Shown here piece after piece: positions 10,379 to 23,470 of a DNA stretch of 64,000 nt. The position numbers and the translations under genes were made by a program. Positions within the stretch are counted from its first letter, which is position 1. Each line of letters begins with the position of its first letter. The stretch covers positions 1 to 64,000 of the forward strand of contig JAQGDQ010000334.1 in the NCBI GenBank assembly GCA_030141605.1, given 5' to 3'. The notes beneath the pieces are model-generated. The model was given only the letters and a program-made list of their open reading frames with translations, had not been told where the DNA came from and did no database searches. Source of the stretch: Tubiluchus corallicola (lineage: Eukaryota > Animalia > Priapulida).

Positions 10379-10990
10379 ATGAGTAACAGACTTCAGGAGT
10401 TGACCGATAAAATATATCAGGAGGGTGTCTCCAAAGGAAGTGAGGAGGCTGATAAAATTGTTGCTGAGGCTAAAGGTACCGCAGAGAAAATAATTGCTGA
10501 TGCGCAGAAGCAGGCCAAGCAGATAGTGTCTGGTGCTGAGAAGAGTGCGGAGGAGATGGAGGAGAACACACGCTCGGAAATTAAGCTGGCCTCTCTTCAG
10601 GCCATTGACGCATTAAAGCAGGAGATAACACAAATTATTAATGGGGAGATTACCAGGGGTAATATTTCTGCTGCGATGAATGATGTAGCCTTTGTACAAA
10701 AAACCATTGAAGTGGCTGTAAAGAACTGGGCGGCTAAAAACAATGAAGAGCTTGACATGAGCATTATTGTACCAGCCAAAGACGAAAAAAGCATATCAGA
10801 CTATTTTGCTGGTGCTGCCAGGGGCGTTTTGGACAAAGGCTTTAAGATAGAGTCTGTCAATAATATAAAAGTCGGGTTTCATATAGTTCCGGTTGATGGC
10901 AGCTATAAAGTAAGTTTCACGGACGAGGACTTTATTAATTTTTTCAGAGAGTTTTTACGTCCTAAAGTTGTAGAGCTGCTTTTTGAATAA
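10379..10990 (+). CDS. V/A-type ATPase subunit E
   Basis: LQELTDKIYQEGV, coiled-coil N-terminus; first gene of the V-ATPase operon. Confidence 0.85.
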   Translation: MSNRLQELTDKIYQEGVSKGSEEADKIVAEAKGTAEKIIADAQKQAKQIVSGAEKSAEEMEENTRSEIKLASLQAIDALKQEITQIINGEITRGNISAAMNDVAFVQKTIEVAVKNWAAKNNEELDMSIIVPAKDEKSISDYFAGAARGVLDKGFKIESVNNIKVGFHIVPVDGSYKVSFTDEDFINFFREFLRPKVVELLFE

Positions 10991-11066
10991 TATTAATTAA
11001 ATGGGTAAGCTGATGCATTACTTATCAGGTCCTTTTTTTTACTGACAGCCTAAACAAATATTACGG

Positions 11067-11918
11067 ATGAAACATTACCATTGTTTGGTTGCCGGGTTGC
11101 CGGAAATCCGAATAGATGACAATAAGCTCAGCTACAGCTTAGAGAGCTTTAAGGAAGAGCTCCAAAAAGAGCTGTCCCAAGGGGATTTTGCCTTTATTGA
11201 TCTGTTTTATAGGAGGTTTGATAATAGTAATCTTCTCCTGTTTCTAAAAGATACTGAGGCTGCTTTGGACAGCCGTGGAACCATTAAGCATGATGATTTT
11301 GTAGAGATAGTTCAGCTTGCTAAAGAGGTTGAAGAGCCCCAAAGTGAAAAAATGCCTAGCTATTTCAAAAAGTTTATACCTGCGTACCTGGAGGATAAGC
11401 CGATTTTTGCGGAGATGTCGTGGGAAGACCAACTGACATCTCTGTATAACGATGATTCTCTAAAGTGCAACAATAAGTTTATCTCTTCATGGTTTGAGTT
11501 TAACCTGGGAATAACAAATATACTTACCGCTATTAACTGTAAAAACCATGATATACCTCTGGAGAGTGCAATAGTGGGGAACAATGAAGTTGCGATGGAG
11601 ATAAGGGGTAGCAACTCAAAAGATTTTGGCATATCGGCGATATTTCCACTTCTTGAAGATGTATTGAGAATTGCAGAGGAGTCGAACCTTTTGGAAAGGG
11701 AGAGGAGAGTGGACATGCTCAAATGGAAGTGGATTGAGGATAACGCTTTTTTCAACTATTTTACAATTGAAAAAGTATTTGCATACCTTTTGCAGCTCGA
11801 CATTATTGAAAGGTGGATAAATCTGAGCGAGGAAACAGGAAGTAAGGTGTTCAGGGAGCTTGCTGCGCGCTTGCAAGGGGCGTTTGAATTTCCGGATGAT
11901 TACAAGTTGCATAGATAA
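11067..11918 (+). CDS. DUF2764 family protein (V-ATPase subunit C-like)
   Basis: YHCLVAGLP N-terminus; lies between subunits E and A. Confidence 0.75.
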   Translation: MKHYHCLVAGLPEIRIDDNKLSYSLESFKEELQKELSQGDFAFIDLFYRRFDNSNLLLFLKDTEAALDSRGTIKHDDFVEIVQLAKEVEEPQSEKMPSYFKKFIPAYLEDKPIFAEMSWEDQLTSLYNDDSLKCNNKFISSWFEFNLGITNILTAINCKNHDIPLESAIVGNNEVAMEIRGSNSKDFGISAIFPLLEDVLRIAEESNLLERERRVDMLKWKWIEDNAFFNYFTIEKVFAYLLQLDIIERWINLSEETGSKVFRELAARLQGAFEFPDDYKLHR

Positions 11919-11977
11919 AAGATAACCAGACTATAAGTTAGAAGTTTAAACATATAAAAGCTTAACAATAAACACAC

Positions 11978-13735
11978 ATGTCTACCACGGGTAAAGTAAA
12001 AGGAATAATTGCCAACCTTGTTATTGTTGGGGCTGACGGTCCTGTTGCTCAGAATGAGATATGCTATCTGGAGACAAGGGGGACAGGACTGATGGCAGAA
12101 GTAATAAAAGTTATAGGTGTTGACGCTTATGTTCAGGTGTTTGAAAGTACCAGGGGCTTGAAAATCGGAGATGAAGTAAAGTTCACCGGGCGCATGCTGG
12201 AGGTAACACTTGGTCCGGGGATTCTGTCCAGAAATTACGATGGGCTTCAAAATGATCTTGACAAGATGGATGGTGTTTTTCTGAAAAGGGGAGAGTACAC
12301 CTATCCCCTTTCAAAAGATAAGCTGTGGAGCTTTAAGCCGATAGCAAATGTTGGCGATAAAGTTGAAGCAGCATCATGGCTTGGGGAGGTTGATGAAAAT
12401 AGCCAGCCGCACAAAATTATGGTGCCATTTGTGATGGAAGGGACTTTTACCGTAAAATCAATTGTGGAGGAGGGGCAGTACAACATCAATAAAGTTGTGG
12501 CAATACTGGTAGACGGTGACAAAAAAGAGCACGAAGTTACCATGGTGCAAAAATGGCCGGTTAAAAAAGCTATTAAAGCCTACCGTGAGAAGCCTCGCCC
12601 ATTCAGGCTGCTTGAAACAGGAGTTAGGATAATTGATACAATAAGCCCCATTGTAGAAGGAGGTACAGGGTTTATCCCCGGTCCGTTCGGAACAGGTAAA
12701 ACAGTACTTCAACACGCTATATCCAAGCAGGCGGAAGCTGATATTGTAATTATTGCAGCTTGTGGGGAAAGAGCAAACGAAGTTGTTGAGATATTTGCGG
12801 AGTTTCCGGAGTTGGAAGATCCGCATACAGGCAGAAAGTTGATAGAGCGTACCACCATAATAGCAAATACATCAAACATGCCGGTTGCAGCGCGGGAGGC
12901 ATCAGTGTATACTGCGATGACACTGGCCGAATATTACCGTTCTATGGGATTGAGAGTGTTGCTTATGGCAGACTCCACCTCTCGATGGGCACAAGCTCTG
13001 AGGGAGATGTCCAACCGACTGGAGGAGCTCCCCGGGCAAGATGCTTTTCCAATGGATCTGTCTGCTATTATTGCAAATTTCTATGCGAGGGCAGGCTTTG
13101 TATACCTCAATAACAACGAGACAGGGTCTGTTACGTTTGTAGGCACAGTATCCCCAGCAGGAGGAAATCTGAAAGAGCCTGTAACAGAGTCCACAAAAAA
13201 AGCTGCGCGCTGTTTCTACGCCTTGCAGCAAAGCCGCGCTGATGGTAAGCGTTACCCCGCAATAAATCCTATAGATTCGTATTCAAAATATCTGGAGTAC
13301 CCCGAGTTTCAGGACTATATAAAAGAAAAAATAGACAGTAAGTGGATAGATAGTGTAAACGAGGCAAAAGCGACCTTGCAGAGAGGCGCTGAAGTTGCAG
13401 AACAGATAAATATACTTGGGGATGATGGTGTTCCCGTAGATTACCATGTAAGGTTTTGGAAATCTGAAGTGATTGATTTTGTCATTTTGCAGCAGGATGC
13501 GTTTGACAAAGTAGATATGCTAACACCAATTGAGCGACAAACATACATGCTTAATAATGTAATGAAAGTGTGCACAACAAGCTTCACATTTGATAATTTT
13601 AACGAGGTTAGTAGTTATTTCAAACGCATCATCAACCAGTTTCGTCAGATGAACTATTCGGAGTTTAACTCGGAAAAATTTAAAAAGCACGAAAAGGAAT
13701 TGAACAATATGATAAAAGAAAGGGAAGTGGCATAA
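11978..13735 (+). CDS. V/A-type ATPase subunit A
   Basis: GPFGTGKT, ACGERANE, NTSNMPVAARE, DSTSRWAQALRE. Confidence 0.97.
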   Translation: MSTTGKVKGIIANLVIVGADGPVAQNEICYLETRGTGLMAEVIKVIGVDAYVQVFESTRGLKIGDEVKFTGRMLEVTLGPGILSRNYDGLQNDLDKMDGVFLKRGEYTYPLSKDKLWSFKPIANVGDKVEAASWLGEVDENSQPHKIMVPFVMEGTFTVKSIVEEGQYNINKVVAILVDGDKKEHEVTMVQKWPVKKAIKAYREKPRPFRLLETGVRIIDTISPIVEGGTGFIPGPFGTGKTVLQHAISKQAEADIVIIAACGERANEVVEIFAEFPELEDPHTGRKLIERTTIIANTSNMPVAAREASVYTAMTLAEYYRSMGLRVLLMADSTSRWAQALREMSNRLEELPGQDAFPMDLSAIIANFYARAGFVYLNNNETGSVTFVGTVSPAGGNLKEPVTESTKKAARCFYALQQSRADGKRYPAINPIDSYSKYLEYPEFQDYIKEKIDSKWIDSVNEAKATLQRGAEVAEQINILGDDGVPVDYHVRFWKSEVIDFVILQQDAFDKVDMLTPIERQTYMLNNVMKVCTTSFTFDNFNEVSSYFKRIINQFRQMNYSEFNSEKFKKHEKELNNMIKEREVA

Positions 13736-15057
13736 TGGCAACAAAAGCTTTTCAGAAAATATATACTAAGATTTCTAAGATCACCAAGGCAACCTGTACG
13801 TTAAGTGCCTCTGGTGTGGGTTATGACGAACTGGCCGAGATAAACGGGCGTCTGGCACAGGTGGTGAAAATCATGGGTGGTGAAGTTACTTTACAAGTAT
13901 TTGGAGGGACAGAAGGCATACCCACCAATGCAGAAGTTGTATTTCTCGGGAAATCACCATCTATGAAGGTGAGCGACCAGCTTTCAGGACGGTTCTTTAA
14001 CGCATTTGGCAACCCTATAGACGGTGGGCCTGCTGTAGAGGGGGAGGAGAGGGAGATAGGTGGCCCTTCGGTAAATCCTGTGCGCCGAAAACAGCCTTCT
14101 GAGCTGATAGCAACAGGTATAGCAGGTATTGACCTGAACAACACCCTTGTGTCAGGACAAAAAATACCATTCTTTGCCGATCCCGACCAGCCGTTTAATC
14201 AGGTTATGTCGATGGTAGCGTTGCGAGCCAAAACAGATAAAATCATTCTTGGAGGGATGGGACTTACTAATGATGATTACCTGTTTTTTAAAAACGTATT
14301 TGATAATGCAGGAGCGCTCGACCGTATAGTGTCGTTTGTAAATACAACGGAGGATCCTCCGGTAGAGCGCCTTCTTATACCCGATATGGCGTTGACTTCT
14401 GCGGAATACTTTGCTGTTGAAAAGAATCAAAGCGTGCTGGTACTCCTTACAGATATGACGCTTTATGCAGACGCGCTCTCCATTGTGTCCAACAGAATGG
14501 ACCAAATACCATCTAAAGATTCAATGCCGGGGTCTTTATATTCTGACCTGGCAAAAATATATGAAAAAGCGGTGCAGCTTCCTTCCGGCGGATCAATAAC
14601 AATTATTGCAGTGACAACCATCTCGGGAGGAGATATTACACATGCAATACCCGACAATACCGGATATATAACAGAAGGGCAGCTTTTCTTGCGTCGTGAT
14701 AGCGACATAGGGAAAGTCGTTGTAGATCCATTCCGGTCTCTGTCCCGGCTAAAGCAACTCGTTATAGGGGAAAAGACACGCGAAGATCATCCGCAGGTTA
14801 TGAACGCATCTATAAGGCTGTTTGCAGATGCAGCCAATGCAAAAACTAAACTGGAAAATGGATTCGACCTGACGGAGTATGATGAACGAACGCTGACATT
14901 TGCAAAAGAGTACTCCAACAAGTTACTGGCCATTGATGTGAACATTGAAACCGACGAAATGCTGGATATTGGCTGGAAATTGTTTAGCAATCATTTTAAA
15001 CGTGAAGAGGTAGGCATAAAACAGGAGTTAACCGAAAAATATTGGAGCGACAACTAA
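13735..15057 (+). CDS. V/A-type ATPase subunit B
   Basis: TGIAGID, GQKIPFF, PDNTGYITEGQ. Confidence 0.96.
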   Translation: MATKAFQKIYTKISKITKATCTLSASGVGYDELAEINGRLAQVVKIMGGEVTLQVFGGTEGIPTNAEVVFLGKSPSMKVSDQLSGRFFNAFGNPIDGGPAVEGEEREIGGPSVNPVRRKQPSELIATGIAGIDLNNTLVSGQKIPFFADPDQPFNQVMSMVALRAKTDKIILGGMGLTNDDYLFFKNVFDNAGALDRIVSFVNTTEDPPVERLLIPDMALTSAEYFAVEKNQSVLVLLTDMTLYADALSIVSNRMDQIPSKDSMPGSLYSDLAKIYEKAVQLPSGGSITIIAVTTISGGDITHAIPDNTGYITEGQLFLRRDSDIGKVVVDPFRSLSRLKQLVIGEKTREDHPQVMNASIRLFADAANAKTKLENGFDLTEYDERTLTFAKEYSNKLLAIDVNIETDEMLDIGWKLFSNHFKREEVGIKQELTEKYWSDN

Positions 15058-15063
15058 AAGCTT

Positions 15064-15662
15064 ATGGCTGTTAAATTTCAATACAATAAGATCTCACTGC
15101 AGGGATTGGACAAGCAGCTCAAGATAAGAATAAGGGCGCTGCCTACAATAAAAAATAAAGAGTCGGCACTGAGAGTCGAAGTGAAAAGGGCTAAAGAAGA
15201 GACAAAGCGTCTCGAAGCGCTATTGGAAAAAACAATAAGCCAATACAGCATGATGGTCGCCCTGTGGGATGAGTTTGACACCTCTCTTGTAGTGGTTAAA
15301 GATGTAAAAATGTCAAAGAAAAAAATTGCGGGAGTAGCTACCCCCACTTTTGAAGATGTCGATTTCGAACTGAAAGAGTTCAGTGTGTTTAATAAGCCCA
15401 AGTGGTTTCTCGATGGTATCAAGATTATAAAAGAGCTTGCCAGGATAGGTATTGAGCGTGAGTTTTATAATAGGGAGATGGAGCTGCTCGACTACGCCCG
15501 CAAAAAAACCACGCAGAAAGTAAATCTGTTTGAAAAAGTCCAAATACCGGGATATGAAGACGCTATTTTGAAGATCAAGCGCTTTCTCGAAGATGAGGAA
15601 AACCTCTCTAAGTCGGCACAGAAAATTGTAAAGTCACGCCAGCAGGAAGAGGAGGTGGTACT

Positions 15663-15666
<4 letters not shown>
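15064..15666 (+). CDS. V/A-type ATPase subunit D
   Basis: TTQKVNLFEKVQIP motif. Confidence 0.93.
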
Positions 15667-17973
<2,307 letters not shown>

Positions 17974-18019
17974 CAAGCCCTTTATTCATATAGTAGAAGA
18001 GACATAATCTACCTATAAG

Positions 18020-18053
18020 GCATCCTCTTAAAAAGTTTTAAGGGGATGTTTTT
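18020..18053 (+). terminator. Rho-independent terminator after V-ATPase operon
   Basis: catcctcttaa/ttaaggggatg stem followed by TTTTT. Confidence 0.7.
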
Positions 18054-18186
18054 ATCTGTTCCATAATGAAAAGGGGAGCGGAAAGCTGCCCTTGAAGAAG
18101 TAGGAGTATAGCCGGATGCTCATAAAGTTATTCAAAGGGAAGTTTTCCCATTATATTCTTTTGTCTTGATACAAAAGAGGCAAGAG

Positions 18187-18720
18187 ATCAAGCTTGTAAC
18201 TGTTTTTGATGCAAGCATGCTTATTGACTTGGTAGATCTACAGATTCTACCATACTTTTTTTCAACTCGAATTTGAATTTCATTCCACGGCAATAATTCT
18301 TGATGAATTATTTGATAAGCAGAAAGAAGCCTTATTCCCATACATTAAAACTGGAAAACTCATTGTTGACGATAGATTATTACAGATGAAGATTTAATAA
18401 AGATCCTAACGATAAGGGAAAAAAAGCCCAACCTTTCAGAGCAGGACTGTTCAGCCTTTTATCAGGCACAAAAAGACAATGCAGCCCTTATAACGAGTGA
18501 TAATATACTTAGGAAATTTGCAAAAGCAAATGATTTAGAGGTCCATGGTCATCTGTGGGTGTTTGATAGGCTAGTTGACAAGTCCTTATTAACAGGGGAA
18601 ACAGCAGTTAGTAAACTGAATGAATTATGTCGTGTGGTAAATCCGAAATTGGGTTTACCTAAAAACGAATGCCAAAAGAGAATTAGGTTATGGGGGAATA
18701 AAATAAACGCCTATGTCTGA
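18187..18720 (+). pseudogene. Frameshifted PIN-domain protein
   Basis: Pieces read VFDASMLIDL / HSTAIILDEL / LSEQDCSAF..LITSDNILRK..EVHGHLWV; frameshifts at the T7 run 18256-18262 and near 18371-18376. Confidence 0.65.
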
Positions 18721-18863
18721 ACAGAATCTATTTTTCAATATACTAACGCTCGATTTTCCTTTGGGAAACCAAGCCTTCTGAATATCCCTGTATAGTCCTT
18801 ACCACTTTTAAAAAACTCTTTTATCTTTGTCTCCTGTCAACTATAGCCGGAGTACTTATTTCC

Positions 18864-18996
18864 GGTCTTTTGATAGAGAAAAAGAAACACTCTTAGGAAC
18901 AGACGGGAAAGTCAGGAAGAGAACCTGCCGCTTGCCGGCGCAAATGGAGGCTTTGAAAAAATATACTGATAAAAAAGTAGCTTTGCAGAAGTCTTA
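18864..18996 (+). repeat. Dispersed repeat copy, degenerate
   Basis: cttgccggcgcaaatggaggctttgaaaaaatatactgataaaaaagtagctttgcagaagtctta. Confidence 0.55.
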
Positions 18997-19000
18997 ATCC

Positions 19001-19140
19001 GGTATCTTTGCAAGGCAGAAGAGTTTGGTTCAGGATGAGGAATGACCAGGAAAGAGCCGTAACTTACTGATGTAAATGGGAATTTTGAAGGGGCTTTGAC
19101 GAAAATTATTGATAAAAAGATGAGCTTTGCAGAGATCTCA
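19001..19140 (+). repeat. Dispersed repeat (MITE-like) copy
   Basis: ctttgcaaggcagaagagtttggttcagg...ttactgatgtaaatg...ttgacgaaaattattgataaaaagatgagctttgcagagatctca. Confidence 0.9.
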
Positions 19141-19163
19141 AACCATAATTTAACAGAGGTTGG

Positions 19164-20156
19164 ATGGAGGAAAAGCTAATACAAAAAATGCTGGAAGAAA
19201 AAGGATTCATTGAGGAAGGAAATGGGTCGTGTGTTGACTTGGTAGAAAAGATAAAACACCTGAAAAAAGAAAAAAATGCTGTTATACTGGGGCACTTCTA
19301 TATCACTCCTGAGCTTCAGGACATATCCGACTATCTGGGAGATTCGCTGGCATTGGCTCGCAAAGCACAAGAGACAGATGCTGATATAATTGTCTTTATA
19401 GGGGTCTGCTTTATGGGTGAAACGGCAAAAATTCTCAATCCTGATAAAAAAGTTATTGTCCCCGATATAAAGGCGGGTTGTTCTCTGGCAGAGTCGGCGC
19501 AAAGAGAAGGTTTTGAAAAGTTTCTGAGGAAGTACCCCGGACATAAGGTTATATCATATATAAACTGCCTTGCTGATATCAAAACACTTTCAGATGTAAT
19601 TGTTACATCATCAAATGCAATAAAAATCGTTGAGTCATTTCCAAAAAATGAAAAACTGATATTTGCACCGGATAAAAATTTGGGTAATTATATCAATTCA
19701 ATAACAGGGCGAAATATGGTTTTGTGGGATGGTACCTGCATAGTACATGAACAATATTCTCTGGAAAAAATTATTGCGCTGATGGAGAAGCACCCTGATG
19801 CCGAGTTTATAGCACATCCGGAGTGTAGCAGGCCTGTGCTGATGATCGCAAAATTTATTGGGTCAACTATGGCGCTGCTCAAATATGTAGAAAAAAGCAG
19901 CTCTGAGAAGTTTATCGTAGCAACAGAAAGTGGGATTCTCTACCAGATGAAAAAGGTGTGTCCCGGTAAGGAGTTTATACCTGCACCTTCCATAGATTCC
20001 ACATGTGGGTGCAATGATTGTTACTACATGAAGCTAAATACCCTGAAAAAACTTTACACATGTATGAAATATGAAGCACCAGAAATTGTACTGGACAACG
20101 ACGTCATTGAAAAATCCAGGGTGCCAATAATGAAAATGTTAGAACTATCGCAATAA
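19164..20156 (+). CDS. nadA: Quinolinate synthase
   Basis: GDSLALA, AGCSLA, CIVHE, AHPEC, CYYMK Fe-S cysteines. Confidence 0.96.
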   Translation: MEEKLIQKMLEEKGFIEEGNGSCVDLVEKIKHLKKEKNAVILGHFYITPELQDISDYLGDSLALARKAQETDADIIVFIGVCFMGETAKILNPDKKVIVPDIKAGCSLAESAQREGFEKFLRKYPGHKVISYINCLADIKTLSDVIVTSSNAIKIVESFPKNEKLIFAPDKNLGNYINSITGRNMVLWDGTCIVHEQYSLEKIIALMEKHPDAEFIAHPECSRPVLMIAKFIGSTMALLKYVEKSSSEKFIVATESGILYQMKKVCPGKEFIPAPSIDSTCGCNDCYYMKLNTLKKLYTCMKYEAPEIVLDNDVIEKSRVPIMKMLELSQ

Positions 20157-20289
20157 TACAGCCACCGGAATGCGGAAAGATAGTGCCCTTGGAAATAAAG
20201 CAATCTTGAAACATAAAATAAAAAATGCGTTTCTTTGGGATAATTTGTTAAAGCACAATGTAAAATTCTTAAACGGTAGATGCTTGTTA

Positions 20290-21699
20290 ATGAAAAAGAG
20301 CAATAACCTAAAGGCCCTGTTGATAATGGTACTCACTTCCCTGTTATTTTCATGTAACAAGGACTGCCCGACTATTTATATCCCGGAAGAGGGGGAGTAT
20401 TACGGAAGTGTAATAATAAGAGATGAAGATGATTTCGAAATACTGGATATCATTGCAAATGGGGAGTACCATAAAATTACAGGGTCGCTGCTTATCTACA
20501 CCAGCGAAGAGGGTGCCGATCTGCATAAACTTAACAAAATAGAGGAGGTTACTGGTACAGTTACTCTTCAGGAGCTTGATGTACTAGATTTCAGCTTTCT
20601 GGATAATCTTCAGGATGTAGGGAGAGCATTTGAGGTTGTAAAGTGTAGTAATATTACATCAATATCCGGTCTTCCAAATCTTACCTCTATCGGAACAAAT
20701 ATTTTGATCGAAGAGAACCCGGAAATAACCTCGCTTACCGGGTTTGAGAGGATTAGCAGTATCAATGGGAAGCTTCAAGTGAGTAACAATCCTAAGCTGC
20801 TCTCACTGGAGGGGCTTTCAGCACTTGAAAAAATGGGTGGCAGCTTGTCTGTATCGAAAAATACTGCATTAAAGTCATTTACGGGGTTATCTGCTCTGCA
20901 GAAAATATCGGGCGACTTTTCTGTTTCGGGGAATGACGGCCTGTTGAACTTTGATGGTCTTTCAGCGCTGGATACTATAACAGGGAACTTCTATATCTAC
21001 ACAAATGAGAACCTTTCAGATATGCAGGGATTTACCAGCTTGAATAGTATCAAAGGAGGTATTTGGCTGGCGGATGTTAATAAGGTTGTGGATCTGCAAG
21101 GGCTTAGCTCCTTAAAGGATTCTGTCTCCTTTATGCATATAGCCAACTGTTCACAAATTGAATCCCTGGAAGGGTTAGAGGGGATAAGTTATATTTCGGG
21201 ATACGTGAACATAGAAAAATGTGAAGCGCTTGAGACCCTGAAGGGGTTGAATAATCTGGATTCTGTTAGCGGAAATATTATACTACAAGAGTTGTCCCTC
21301 TCCTCCCTGGGGCTAAACTCCCTTCAAAGGGTGAATGGAAATATGAAAATAACCTTTTGTAATGAACTGACCTCAATGCAGGGGTTGGAGAGCCTGACAC
21401 AGATAGGTAAGCTTTTTTCTATTGATGACAATATAAAGCTAAGAAACCTTTTGGGGCTTAATAGTATATCTACCCTAAAAGATGTTGAGATAATTAACTG
21501 TGAAGGGCTGGTATCTCTTGATGGACTAGACAGCTTGGGGGAAATTGAAGGTTCTATAGAGATCAGGTACAACCCCTTGCTTACAGACTATTGCTCATTG
21601 GTGGGTGTCGACCTTGAAGGGACGTTTTATTACTCTTTAAACAGCCCGAACTTCTCTCCCGACTGGGACGAAATTCAAAATGGAGAGTGCCGCCTTTAG
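20290..21699 (+). CDS. Lipoprotein with receptor-L-domain/LRR-like repeats
   Basis: Lipobox LLFSC; many ~25-aa units LxGLxxLxxIxGxLxIxxN. Confidence 0.75.
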   Translation: MKKSNNLKALLIMVLTSLLFSCNKDCPTIYIPEEGEYYGSVIIRDEDDFEILDIIANGEYHKITGSLLIYTSEEGADLHKLNKIEEVTGTVTLQELDVLDFSFLDNLQDVGRAFEVVKCSNITSISGLPNLTSIGTNILIEENPEITSLTGFERISSINGKLQVSNNPKLLSLEGLSALEKMGGSLSVSKNTALKSFTGLSALQKISGDFSVSGNDGLLNFDGLSALDTITGNFYIYTNENLSDMQGFTSLNSIKGGIWLADVNKVVDLQGLSSLKDSVSFMHIANCSQIESLEGLEGISYISGYVNIEKCEALETLKGLNNLDSVSGNIILQELSLSSLGLNSLQRVNGNMKITFCNELTSMQGLESLTQIGKLFSIDDNIKLRNLLGLNSISTLKDVEIINCEGLVSLDGLDSLGEIEGSIEIRYNPLLTDYCSLVGVDLEGTFYYSLNSPNFSPDWDEIQNGECRL

Positions 21700-21772
21700 T
21701 CAGCAGAAAAGGCCTGTTTATATGAATCTTCAAGTAAAGGGGCTCAAAATTTACAACACAAGCCAGGCACTC

Positions 21773-22786
21773 TTATTCTATCACTTCTGTCCATCCGTAA
21801 GTGTCGGGCTCCGTGCCATATTGTATGCCCAGTAATTTCTCATACAGCTTTAAGCTTACAGCTCCCGGGGCAGGGCTATAGTCATACCCAATATCCATGT
21901 CTGCATCATAGATGCGCTTTATAGGAGAAATAGCAGCAGCGGTGCCACAAGCTCCAACTTCATCAAATTCCGCAAGTTCTTCTACCTTAACTTTGCGCTC
22001 TTCAACCTCCATACCCATGTCAGCGGCCAGTTGCCTTAGGCTTTTATTCGTAATAGACCTGAGAATAGACCCTGATTTGGGTGTTACATAGCTGTTCCCT
22101 TTTATTCCAAAAAAATTTGCCGGGCCACACTCATCTATATATCGCTTCTCTTTAGCATCAAGATACAGAACAGCAGAGTAGCCTTCCCGGCTGGCACGTA
22201 TACCGGCAGCCATGCTTGCCGCATAGTTGCCCCCAACCTTATATGAGCCTGTACCCATAGGAGCCGCACGGTCATATTCCCTGTAAATAACTAAGTCTGT
22301 AGGGCTGAATCCATCTTTAAAGTACGGACCTACAGGCGTAACAAAAACTATAAACAGATATTCACTGGACGGCTTTACCCCTATTTCCGGACCGGTTCCT
22401 ATTTGCAGTGGGCGAATATACAGCGCGGCACCGGAGCCATAGGGAGGAACATACTCTTTATTCAACCTGACAACCCTCCTTACAGCATCCTCAAAAAGCT
22501 CTATGGGAACACCAGGCATCATAATGCCCTCTGCCGTATAACGCATCCTTCGGGCATTCTCATCCATCCTGAAAACACGAATCTTCCCATCTTTGCCGCA
22601 ATACGCCTTAAGTCCCTCAAATGCCTCCTGCCCGTAATGCAATGATGTGGCAGAGATATGCATGTCAATACTCTCTGAACTGCTGTCTTGCAGCTCTCCC
22701 CATTTACCGTTACTATAAACACAACGCACATTAAACCGGGTGTCCATATAGCCGAATCCCAAATTATTCCAATCTATATTTTTCAT
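21773..22786 (-). CDS. ilvE: Branched-chain amino acid aminotransferase
   Basis: HYGQEAFEGLKAY, LYIRP, KVGGNY, CGTAA. Confidence 0.96.
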   Translation of the reverse strand: MKNIDWNNLGFGYMDTRFNVRCVYSNGKWGELQDSSSESIDMHISATSLHYGQEAFEGLKAYCGKDGKIRVFRMDENARRMRYTAEGIMMPGVPIELFEDAVRRVVRLNKEYVPPYGSGAALYIRPLQIGTGPEIGVKPSSEYLFIVFVTPVGPYFKDGFSPTDLVIYREYDRAAPMGTGSYKVGGNYAASMAAGIRASREGYSAVLYLDAKEKRYIDECGPANFFGIKGNSYVTPKSGSILRSITNKSLRQLAADMGMEVEERKVKVEELAEFDEVGACGTAAAISPIKRIYDADMDIGYDYSPAPGAVSLKLYEKLLGIQYGTEPDTYGWTEVIE

Positions 22787-22853
22787 ATTTTATATCTTAT
22801 AATCACAAGCAAAAAAGCCTGGTAGGGCACGCGGAACTAAAGTAGTAAATATT

Positions 22854-22980
22854 TGAGAGCTTTACAAAGTGCAATATTTTGGGCTAGATTGAAGAAAAAA
22901 CCGATGAAAAACCGCAGCCTGCTAACGTAAATGAAGATTTTCTCTAAAACAGTAATAAAAACATAGCCATGCGAAGGTTA
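22854..22980 (+). repeat. Dispersed repeat (MITE-like) copy
   Basis: tgagagctttacaaagtg...gatgaaaaaccgcag...gtaaatgaagatttt...taataaaaac. Confidence 0.7.
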
Positions 22981-23182
22981 ATAGTCTTTTATATCAGACT
23001 GTTTTTATGTCACAGATGCAGTTAAAATCGCAAAATTACAGGAGTACTTTTATTCACCCCTCTTTTTTAAGTAGTGATCAGAAATATCAGATGGTAGACT
23101 CATGTTATGAAGCATGTAAAAAATACAATACCTAGACCCTTCCTATTTCCACTCTTTTTTCTTAAATTTGTCCATCCCCAGC

Positions 23183-23310
23183 CTGAGGCACTTTGGTTCA
23201 GGTTGAGGAAAAATTCGATGAGGAACCGCAAATTACTGATGTAAGCGAGAGCTTGCTAAGAGGTTTTTCTCGAAAGCAATAATAAAAGCATAATCTTTAC
23301 AAAGTCTTCA
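23183..23310 (+). repeat. Dispersed repeat (MITE-like) copy
   Basis: tttggttcaggttgaggaaaaattcgatg...ttactgatgtaag...aataataaaagcataatctttacaaagtcttca. Confidence 0.85.
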
Positions 23311-23470
23311 AGGCTTAATACTTGCCGCAAGAGTTGACTTAATACAGTAAAGCAGGAACGGAACTTAACTCCGTATTGCTAAACTTTGCTGAATTACAAA
23401 ACCTCTGGGCGGGGCAGTAGCGTTGCTACGCTCTAAAGCTGCTGAACTGGGACTAAACACATTGAAACCT

